This document shows positions 57,151 to 64,000 of a stretch of DNA of 64,000 bases, one piece after another. Position numbers and translations under genes: made by a program. Position 1 is the first letter of the stretch. Each line of letters begins with the position of its first letter. The notes below the pieces were generated by a model that was not told the DNA's origin, made no database searches, and worked only from the letters and a program-made list of their open reading frames with translations. Source of the stretch: a phage; the sequence record PZ049338.1; one strand, written 5' to 3'.

Positions 57151-58107
57151 TTAGTTACCTTTTACATGTTCGTTAATGAGAGCAATGCAATTGAGGAGTT
57201 CTTCTTCATCAAGCTGATGGTAGCTTGAGGAATTATTACGAATCAGGCTCTCCAGTGTCTGACTGGTTGGTGAATCTGATGGAGCACCTTGTACATCCAT
57301 GAGAATATCCTTTAGGTCTGCTTCATGACCTATACGCTCGAAGATAGGTGCTGGTTCACCTTCCCCATCGTAGGTGGTCTCCATCGTACCATCACGGCCA
57401 TAGCCGCTTGCAGTGGAACCCCACTCACCTTGCCATGCGTGTCCCAGACGACCTTCCATAATCATAATAATGTCATGGATTTCAGTATCATCTTGGAACA
57501 GTTCAGAGTCATCACTGCATTGATACCAGTAACGAACCTCACCTTTCCAATTCGCATTGCCATTAAACATCATGGAGTAGATGAAGGCTTCTTTAGGTGA
57601 GTAACCTTTGTTACGAAGGAGTTCGTACAGTCGGTTACATGCTGTGTATTCAATCAAGTTACGGAGCATCATTGCACCGACGATTGTTACCTGCATTTGC
57701 TGACCGCATAGAGGCCATGTAATACGAACGTTGGCATTACCCCAATTGCCACTATATTCAGATACCTTATCAAGGTTCTCTACAGTCACATTGCTGTAGA
57801 ATTGTGGGAATGCTTCCATGATTGCAACTAAATCAGCTTCAATCATCCCCTTAACCGCGTCAGAATTACAACGAGGCACTGGTAACCAAATTAAGAAGTG
57901 AATGTTATCTGATTCGAAGTCGGGGTTTGCGCAGTAAACACTTTCTGCATCCTCCCAATCAAAATCTTCATCATCTTCATTTACAACATGCCCTAATCCA
58001 TTAACGTAATGCTCGTTCCATTGATTGATGTAGGCCATGAAGCCAAAGCATGGGCGAGAGTGACGGAGTTCCTTCCCTTGTCCGTTAACAGTGATAGCTT
58101 GTACCAT
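57151..58107 (-). CDS. hypothetical protein (318 aa), first gene of the cluster
   Basis: ORF track; hairpin and RBS upstream. Confidence 0.5.
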   Translation of the reverse strand: MVQAITVNGQGKELRHSRPCFGFMAYINQWNEHYVNGLGHVVNEDDEDFDWEDAESVYCANPDFESDNIHFLIWLPVPRCNSDAVKGMIEADLVAIMEAFPQFYSNVTVENLDKVSEYSGNWGNANVRITWPLCGQQMQVTIVGAMMLRNLIEYTACNRLYELLRNKGYSPKEAFIYSMMFNGNANWKGEVRYWYQCSDDSELFQDDTEIHDIIMIMEGRLGHAWQGEWGSTASGYGRDGTMETTYDGEGEPAPIFERIGHEADLKDILMDVQGAPSDSPTSQTLESLIRNNSSSYHQLDEEELLNCIALINEHVKGN

Positions 58108-58169
58108 TTGTTTGTTACCTTAGAGAGTTAAAGCTTAGAGCCCTCAATTAAGAGGGCGACCTTGAATTA

Positions 58170-58541
58170 TTATTCAGTTACTTGCAGCTTGGAAGATTCC
58201 CAAAGCTGGTCTACCAGATGAACGCGCTTAACTGCGTCGTCAATGAATTGGTTGAGTTGAATACGCTGGAACTTCTCAGCCTGACGAGAAAGCAGGAGCT
58301 CTTGGTACTGAGCTTTCAGGAAGTTGCGAGTTACCACCAGAGTTTTCTGACGATGCCCAGCTTTGCCCAGACGGATTTCAGCATTAATAACACTGAGTTG
58401 GTCGCTGATTGATTTGCGTAGGACTTTCGCCGCAGACACTTCCAGATTAAAACGCTTAAGGTCTTTACGAGCGTTAGTCAGTGCTGAGCCTTCAGATTTC
58501 AGGATTGCTTCGATAGTTGCGATATTACCAATCTTATTCAT
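58170..58541 (-). CDS. hypothetical protein (123 aa)
   Basis: ORF track. Confidence 0.45.
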   Translation of the reverse strand: MNKIGNIATIEAILKSEGSALTNARKDLKRFNLEVSAAKVLRKSISDQLSVINAEIRLGKAGHRQKTLVVTRNFLKAQYQELLLSRQAEKFQRIQLNQFIDDAVKRVHLVDQLWESSKLQVTE

Positions 58542-58986
58542 TGCTTTTACCCTTAGGTTTGTGGAGTTTTAGGAAATAATGGTTACGATATTTAAACGCT
58601 TTCTTACCTTTAGCCCAATAAGGTCTATCAGTACCACTGTAGAAGTGGGTGTAGCGATACTTGGGTTTATAACCGGGCTTCATCACCTTGCTGGCTAAGA
58701 ACATTGCCTGTGCATAAGCTGCCTTCTCTTGACTCGTTTGTGGGTGAGTCTTGAAGACCTTCTTTTGCATAGTCAGCAAACCGTTGAAGTCTTTGTGTTT
58801 AAGGCGTTTTGTCCAATCGAACTGACTCTTTTGCAGAACAACTTTACAAGCAGTATCTGGGTAACGTTCATCAGTGACACGAGTCGCTATAACATCAGCA
58901 ACTAATTCCATGCCCTTGTCACCCTCGCCTCCGGCCTCCGTATATATTGTTAATGTAAGTGCTAATAAGCACGCTGCAAAGCTCAT
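58534..58986 (-). CDS. SleB-like cell-wall hydrolase with signal peptide
   Basis: N-terminal hydrophobic leader; TEAGGEG...VIATRV...YPDT...VVLQKSQF fits recalled SleB/CwlJ hydrolase pattern. Confidence 0.55.
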   Translation of the reverse strand: MSFAACLLALTLTIYTEAGGEGDKGMELVADVIATRVTDERYPDTACKVVLQKSQFDWTKRLKHKDFNGLLTMQKKVFKTHPQTSQEKAAYAQAMFLASKVMKPGYKPKYRYTHFYSGTDRPYWAKGKKAFKYRNHYFLKLHKPKGKSNE

Positions 58987-59018
58987 TGGGGATTGCTCTC
59001 CTAGTGAGGTTAGTTAAT

Positions 59019-59037
59019 GGCTCTCGTAAGAACCCTT
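59019..59037 (-). other. conserved intergenic hairpin (GGCTCTCGTAAGAACCCTT family)
   Basis: family member. Confidence 0.45.
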
Positions 59038-59047
59038 AGTAACTTCG

Positions 59048-59311
59048 CTACGAAGCAGTTATTTCAACTGATTTAAATACCTTCTCAACAGGTAGGTTGT
59101 GGGCCATATTTCGGGCTTCACCTGTTTCGAGATTAACAACTTTCATGTACTCTTTACCACGGCAAACACCACCGAGTAGCATATATACACGGTGCAATGG
59201 GCACCCTTCGAGGGCAAATACAGAGCCCATATGTAACTCACCAACAGTGATAGTTGTTGGATTAAGGTTAGTGGTAATTTTAACCTTTGTCATTTTCGAC
59301 AATCTCCACAC
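59048..59311 (-). CDS. hypothetical protein (87 aa)
   Basis: ORF track. Confidence 0.45.
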   Translation of the reverse strand: MWRLSKMTKVKITTNLNPTTITVGELHMGSVFALEGCPLHRVYMLLGGVCRGKEYMKVVNLETGEARNMAHNLPVEKVFKSVEITAS

Positions 59312-59759
59312 GAGGACAGTATTTATCTTTATTGCTGCGATACATCACAACAATCCAGTTTGAATCACGACGCTCTTTCTTACGTCGTTTCTTTTCAGCA
59401 CGAGTTTCATATGTGCCAGTTCGGTAGTCACGGTATATTCCACGAAGGTAGTAGAATAACCAACCAACACCAAATGATACACCAGCCAAAGCAGCAAAAG
59501 ATAAGGCACCAAGAGCAGGGGCAGCGAACCATGTCCACCAATTGAATGACAAAATATTCTCATGTCCAAGGAGAGAGCCACCAACCATTGACAGTGCAGC
59601 GTACAATACTGCAATGAGACCTGATAGCATCACAAAATGAAATACTGTCCGCCAGAAGTATTCGCAGAAGTTGCTCATGTTATCCCAATGATAACTGGAA
59701 AGGCTTGACATTTTTTTGTTAAACTTGTGCAGCCAACCGTTCTTATTAACCTTAATCAT
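59280..59759 (-). CDS. membrane protein (2-3 predicted TM segments)
   Basis: hydrophobic stretches VFHFVMLSGLIAVLYAALSMVGG and WFAAPALGALSFAALAGVSFGVGWLFYY. Confidence 0.5.
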   Translation of the reverse strand: MIKVNKNGWLHKFNKKMSSLSSYHWDNMSNFCEYFWRTVFHFVMLSGLIAVLYAALSMVGGSLLGHENILSFNWWTWFAAPALGALSFAALAGVSFGVGWLFYYLRGIYRDYRTGTYETRAEKKRRKKERRDSNWIVVMYRSNKDKYCPRVEIVENDKG

Positions 59760-60025
59760 TACGCATCCCCGATATGTTTACATTCAACTTTAACACGGAC
59801 AACCTGAGTATCAGCCAGTGGTGCGCTGACATTACCAGTCTCGATGTTAGTCAGGTGTACGCGGTGGTATCCCGGAAGAGCATTAATACTAACATTTGAG
59901 GAGTTGGCTACATCACCAACTAGGTAAAGAGTGTCGCCATTAACAAAACGAACAACTTCACCGGGTTTTGCTTGACAAAGACCAATAACTTTTGGCATTG
60001 GTACTTTTGATTTTGTCACTTTCAT
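59759..60025 (-). CDS. hypothetical protein (88 aa)
   Basis: ORF track. Confidence 0.45.
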   Translation of the reverse strand: MKVTKSKVPMPKVIGLCQAKPGEVVRFVNGDTLYLVGDVANSSNVSINALPGYHRVHLTNIETGNVSAPLADTQVVRVKVECKHIGDA

Positions 60026-60327
60026 TTATGTAACCTCAGGAATACATGTAACACAGTGGATGCACGGTTAGTAACTGAATTAACCGAACGGTTTAGCTTC
60101 TTTGCAATCCAATCGCGAGGACGAATACCAGCCCACTTGCGAATGAAGTCATCATCCTTGTCAGTGTAAGGTTGACGCTGTTTTGCACGGGAGATTTTGA
60201 ATCGTGAGCAGGCACCAATGATAACCGTCACAGTAGTACCCATCTTTTCAGCCACTTCTTCAACTGAATACTTCTTAATCAAACGTTCTAAACGCTTGAT
60301 GTTCTTATTTGTCCAAGTAAATTGCAT
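60022..60327 (-). CDS. small basic protein, possible HTH regulator (101 aa)
   Basis: AGGAGG SD; motif and hairpin upstream. Confidence 0.5.
   Translation of the reverse strand: MQFTWTNKNIKRLERLIKKYSVEEVAEKMGTTVTVIIGACSRFKISRAKQRQPYTDKDDDFIRKWAGIRPRDWIAKKLNRSVNSVTNRASTVLHVFLRLHK
60227..60238 (-). other. strand-specific 12-mer, exact copy 5 (intragenic)
   Basis: exact 12-mer. Confidence 0.6.
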
Positions 60328-60350
60328 ATGAACCTCCTAAGTATTTAATA

Positions 60351-60370
60351 AAGGGCTCCGTAGAACCCTT
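60351..60370 (-). other. conserved intergenic hairpin (RNA AAGGGUUC uacg GAGCCCUU)
   Basis: 8-bp stem with UACG tetraloop, then RBS. Confidence 0.5.
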
Positions 60371-60375
60371 GATAA

Positions 60376-60453
60376 TTACTCAGCATCAACAGTGAGTGAA
60401 ATGCCGAATGCGATTAGGGCAAGAACTACAGCCGCTATTGCATACCAATCCAT
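60376..60453 (-). CDS. micro-ORF, 25-aa hydrophobic peptide (MDWYAIAAVVLALIAFGISLTVDAE)
   Basis: Not in ORF track; strong AAGGAG SD 5 nt upstream of ATG. Confidence 0.3.
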   Translation of the reverse strand: MDWYAIAAVVLALIAFGISLTVDAE

Positions 60454-60597
60454 AATCACTCCTTATTCCATTTAACATTAAATGAGATAAGGCACGCCGC
60501 TGCCAGTGCAGTTTCAACAACAGCGATCACATGATTACCAACAGTCACATCGTATATCGCAAATCCCAACCAGAATGCTGTAAGGTACAGATATAGT

Positions 60598-61350
60598 TTA
60601 CGACTGGATAATGCTTTCTTGAGCCAGTTCATCTTTCACCTGTTTAAGTGTAAATGTATTGTCGTCACAATCAATACCAATAGGGCCGATAATACGGTAT
60701 TTAGTATTGCGAGTTTCAACAAAGAAAGTACCAACCTTCTCAGAGATATTTACTACACGGGAGGTACTGATTGACAACCCATCACGGAAAGGGTGATTTC
60801 CGTGAGTGTGGGTATCGCTCCAGATTCGACCAGTCATGTACCAGTTGCTATCATTGGACTTGTAAATGATAGCAGATGACAGTTTGGCGTCGAATTGTGG
60901 AATTGGTAATGGGACATAACCTTCACGCAGTATCGGATTTTGTTCATCCGGCATTTGAGTGAAAGGCTTCATCTCAAACATTATTTCAAAGTCACGAGCC
61001 CATTGGCGAATCCGTTTTGGATTTAAACCATTGACACGTTTGAAGTAACCCTGCTGATGTTCAGCACTGATTAATTCATATGACAAATCCAAATCCGTAC
61101 GATGAACAGTGGAACACATCATCATAAGGTATTCATGACGACCACACCACACGTAAAGAAGATGTCCAATCTCCTCTTTAGTGAAATCTGTCGCTTCCGC
61201 CAGACGGTCAGTGATACCAAGCGCCAGTGGTTCAGGGAAACGCTTGTAGAAAAGGATTGGGAACTTCTCAATAAGTTCCGGCATACGACGCTTATAGAAA
61301 TCGTACTGAACAGGGGTAACAGGGCGAAGTTTTACGCGTTGAGTTGTCAT
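60598..61350 (-). CDS. ProQ/FinO-domain-like RNA-binding protein with C-terminal extension
   Basis: LIEKFPILFYKRFPEPLALGI...LLYVWCGRHEYL...DLD resembles recalled ProQ/FinO N-terminal pattern. Confidence 0.5.
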   Translation of the reverse strand: MTTQRVKLRPVTPVQYDFYKRRMPELIEKFPILFYKRFPEPLALGITDRLAEATDFTKEEIGHLLYVWCGRHEYLMMMCSTVHRTDLDLSYELISAEHQQGYFKRVNGLNPKRIRQWARDFEIMFEMKPFTQMPDEQNPILREGYVPLPIPQFDAKLSSAIIYKSNDSNWYMTGRIWSDTHTHGNHPFRDGLSISTSRVVNISEKVGTFFVETRNTKYRIIGPIGIDCDDNTFTLKQVKDELAQESIIQS

Positions 61351-61613
61351 CTATTTGCCTCACATTTAATTACTTCGTTTATTTCTTCAGCCACACTCTT
61401 TGCCTCTTTATACGAGGTTAGTAAAGAGTTCCAGTAATCGTCACGGTATTCGTGAACAGTTAATGAACTAAGGCGCTCTTTGTAATACTTAGCGCGCTTT
61501 ATTGCATCACGTCCAGTTTCTATCATGTGACGTGTGTTTTTAAGTCTTTTATTTCTGACGAGATTCTTCGTCATCCATAAATTTACGCTTCTTGTGTTCA
61601 TAATGAACCTCAA
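61347..61613 (-). CDS. hypothetical protein (88 aa)
   Basis: ORF track. Confidence 0.45.
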   Translation of the reverse strand: MRFIMNTRSVNLWMTKNLVRNKRLKNTRHMIETGRDAIKRAKYYKERLSSLTVHEYRDDYWNSLLTSYKEAKSVAEEINEVIKCEANR

Positions 61614-61757
61614 TTGCGATGATTGTCACAACTGCAACAGCAGCGAGAGCGTATTCAATCCACCAGATATCAGCTAGGCTTGACATAGATGAAACCCTCA
61701 TAGGCGGTGTAGATGAACTTACGACCGAGCAGTGTGCCTACAAGCACGTACTTTTGT

Positions 61758-61946
61758 TTAGTGGAGTTGGACACTACGGCCCCCCTGATATGGTGAGGAG
61801 TTAGGATACCAGAACATGTTCTTACTGTTTGCAATCATACCGAATCCGGTAAGACCCATCAGTTGGTCACACAATGCTTGAGCGATTGATTGAGGCTTGG
61901 TGGTAGATTCACTAACCTTGAAACTGACTTTAGGCTCTTTGTACAT
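61758..61946 (-). CDS. small hypothetical protein (62 aa)
   Basis: ORF track. Confidence 0.4.
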   Translation of the reverse strand: MYKEPKVSFKVSESTTKPQSIAQALCDQLMGLTGFGMIANSKNMFWYPNSSPYQGGRSVQLH

Positions 61947-62164
61947 TACAAACCCCCATGTCTACATTTAACAAGAATGCCGTCAATGATGATGTAGTGT
62001 GAATGGTAAACCATTTCACGAGGTATATCACCATGTTCGCTGTTCCACTGGATAAAGTTCATCCGTTCCCAATCAATATATTGGGACTTCGCTTGAGCAA
62101 TTACTTCTTCCAGAGTGACTTCACCATAAGGACTCATTGACTTCATCATTTCACAAACTGACAT
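61946..62164 (-). CDS. hypothetical protein (about 73 aa)
   Basis: start trimmed to ATG 62164, 1 nt after upstream stop. Confidence 0.4.
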   Translation of the reverse strand: MSVCEMMKSMSPYGEVTLEEVIAQAKSQYIDWERMNFIQWNSEHGDIPREMVYHSHYIIIDGILVKCRHGGL

Positions 62165-62165
62165 A

Positions 62166-62477
62166 TCAACTCCTGTCAAAGTCGAGAACAACACTACCGT
62201 TCTTCTCAATCTCAGCCATAACTTTATTGTACTCATTCACTGTTCGAACGAGTGCAGCCTTCGGGTTGGCTTGCATGGCAATACCCATGACAACGCCTTG
62301 AACTTGAGGGTCAGTCACCCAAGTATTAACGATTGCTGATGCACAACCAACAATCTTAGGAATCACGCGTGGTTTACGCTTTTCAGTGCGAGCACTATCA
62401 CACTCGATAAGGTAAGTCATTATCAGTGCTTCAAGGGCTTCCTCATACTGAAAGAGTTTTTCATCTTGAACAATCAT
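62166..62477 (-). CDS. hypothetical protein (103 aa)
   Basis: ORF track. Confidence 0.45.
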   Translation of the reverse strand: MIVQDEKLFQYEEALEALIMTYLIECDSARTEKRKPRVIPKIVGCASAIVNTWVTDPQVQGVVMGIAMQANPKAALVRTVNEYNKVMAEIEKNGSVVLDFDRS

Positions 62478-62696
62478 TAGAAGTCCTTAAAATAGGAGGC
62501 GGGGACGAGCCGCCTTTACCCTATGAGTTAAGTTTGCATGTAAGACCTAACAATCGGATGCCTTCAGCGGAATAAGCGTTATGCGTATCCTGCACTAAAC
62601 TCCCGCCCCCTTAGTGGGCTGGGTGTATAAAGGGTAACGCCCTTATGGGCTAGTTACATGAATGTTAGTTTGATAGGAGATCTGACGTCCTATCTC

Positions 62697-62720
62697 AAAG
62701 GGCTCTCAGAAGAACCCTTT
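62697..62720 (-). other. conserved hairpin (AAAGGGCTCTCAGAAGAACCCTTT) in 250-bp intergenic region
   Basis: 10-bp stem; family member. Confidence 0.45.
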
Positions 62721-62728
62721 ACGATAGT

Positions 62729-62977
62729 TTACAGATGCAGCATGTACGTGTGCAGTGCATCGTGAGCCATCTCACGAGTTGGATAAGGCATAGACCAAAG
62801 TCCAGCTTCATCACTGTACACATAAGCACACTCATTACTTACCGGGTCACGCAGTTTGGTAATCAGTGGGTCAACATGCTCAACCACTATTGCACCGTGT
62901 GATGCTGCTTCTTGGAGGAGGTTTGCAGTATTACTTGTAACCCTCACACCTCCGAAGTATTGAAGATGTCTTGCCAT
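62729..62977 (-). CDS. hypothetical protein (82 aa)
   Basis: ORF track. Confidence 0.45.
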   Translation of the reverse strand: MARHLQYFGGVRVTSNTANLLQEAASHGAIVVEHVDPLITKLRDPVSNECAYVYSDEAGLWSMPYPTREMAHDALHTYMLHL

Positions 62978-63315
62978 TATGAGAATAAACCTCCTCGACT
63001 GAATTTAGGTTTTGGTGGTTCAACCGACTTCTTCATTGTTACGAGTGAGTTCAACCCCTTCTTAATAGCTTCAGATATTTCAGCGTATATCTTTGCATCA
63101 AGTAGGATGAAATCCCCAACAGGCTTGCCACCAGATAGTACACTCTGGATGGTTTCCTCACCAAAGGTAAACTTTGGCCCGAACCCTCCGAAGAAGTGGA
63201 CTGTACCAGCCAATTCGTCACGAGAAACAATGCTCATTTCGATGTGAGTAACACCCGGCACTGAATCAAACTGACAGCGAATCTTAACAGATGGAAAACT
63301 CAGTACACTAATCAT
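62977..63315 (-). CDS. hypothetical protein (112 aa)
   Basis: ORF track. Confidence 0.45.
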   Translation of the reverse strand: MISVLSFPSVKIRCQFDSVPGVTHIEMSIVSRDELAGTVHFFGGFGPKFTFGEETIQSVLSGGKPVGDFILLDAKIYAEISEAIKKGLNSLVTMKKSVEPPKPKFSRGGLFS

Positions 63316-63587
63316 TGTTTCTTACCCGGAAGAAGTTTGTAGAGGAAATCCACCCAAAGTTTACCGAAGCAAATTCCAGTGAACACACCCAAAACAGCGA
63401 CAAGGCCTAGGGGCCATAAGAAAATCATCACAGTAGTAAACGTTACATCTGGATGACCTTTCTTCTCACGACTTCTGAACATATCAGAGCCTAGTTGGTC
63501 AGCCAGACGTACCGCACCGATTGTGGCTACAATTCCTATTAGGTAAATGGCAACTATAAGGATGAGGTAATCAGAAAAGCTGTTCAT
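63312..63587 (-). CDS. small two-TM membrane protein (holin-like candidate)
   Basis: two hydrophobic segments in 91 aa; function speculative. Confidence 0.45.
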   Translation of the reverse strand: MNSFSDYLILIVAIYLIGIVATIGAVRLADQLGSDMFRSREKKGHPDVTFTTVMIFLWPLGLVAVLGVFTGICFGKLWVDFLYKLLPGKKQ

Positions 63588-63750
63588 TACAACATCTTCA
63601 GAGTTATTGATGAATCTTCACCTTCTGTAAACACGTTTGCATCCTTAACAGGATACTCATTACCTGAGGCATCTTCTATATAGACAATAGCTTCCGGCCC
63701 AGATTTAACAGAGAGGTTTTCAAGAACTCTGATTAATTCATCAACTGTCA
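63587..63750 (-). CDS. small hypothetical protein (54 aa)
   Basis: Not in ORF track; ATG 63750, TAATG overlap with next gene. Confidence 0.3.
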
Positions 63751-63769
63751 TAACAACCTCAATAATTAA

Positions 63770-63964
63770 TCAGCAGGATTGGTCACAAGGCTGGTCGCCA
63801 CAGGTTGTGCAGATTACCGGAGAGTAACTACACGCTGGGTATACTGACACACCATCCCACGTTTCACACCCACAAGCAGGGCATGTACCGTTAGATTCCA
63901 TGTCATCGCCATCTTCAACTTCACCACCACCGTAACAAGTCATCGGTAATACCCCAAGTAACAT
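63770..63964 (-). CDS. Cys-rich small protein (64 aa)
   Basis: ORF track; CPACGC...CTTCGDQPC. Confidence 0.4.
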   Translation of the reverse strand: MLLGVLPMTCYGGGEVEDGDDMESNGTCPACGCETWDGVSVYPACSYSPVICTTCGDQPCDQSC

Positions 63965-64000
63965 AATAAGGTTTCAAGACAGTTAAGATGGAATTCTTCT

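Noticed and set aside
26087-62477. Plus-strand ORFs inside the minus-strand replication and amidoligase block (e.g. 45258-45596, 49469-50044, 55331-55915, 56101-56682)
   Set aside because: All antisense to tightly packed, motif-supported minus-strand genes; no RBS or intergenic space.
1-64000. Integrase, repressor or attachment-site signature (temperate lifestyle)
   Set aside because: None recognised; gene content is typical of a virulent phage.

Overview
This window reads as about 64 kb of a virulent tailed dsDNA phage genome with no integrase or repressor. Gene content (an ECF-type sigma factor, a T7-like replication set, terminase-portal-scaffold-capsid order) resembles, from memory only, phiEco32-like enterobacterial podoviruses; no database search was possible. 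Layout: (i) 1-3378, small genes on the minus strand; (ii) 3379-6322, a 2.9 kb non-coding control region with two tandem leftward sigma70-type promoters, a 14-bp tandem array, purine/pyrimidine tracts and several repeated motifs; (iii) 6323-25082, a plus-strand late block (putative small terminase, large terminase, portal, scaffold, capsid, virion proteins, a 1336-aa internal protein, endonuclease I-like resolvase, nested spanins) with hairpin/T-run terminators; (iv) 25311-63964, a densely packed minus-strand block (NADAR and SLOG-like proteins, ligase, FEN-like exonuclease, sigma factor, SSB, endolysin, phosphoesterase, HNH endonucleases, family A polymerase with a separately encoded 3'-5' exonuclease, Dps-like protein, ThyX-like protein, thioredoxin, PhoH, dCTP deaminase, primase-helicase). 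The most unusual findings are a roughly 11 kb cluster of amidoligase-type enzymes of unknown product (46.6-58.1 kb) and a strand-specific 12-mer (GTCACAGTAGTA on plus, TACTACTGTGAC on minus) present at least 5 times exactly and 5 times as close variants, only in the minus-strand gene territory. All functional calls rest on motifs read by eye and recalled family knowledge; none was verified by search.
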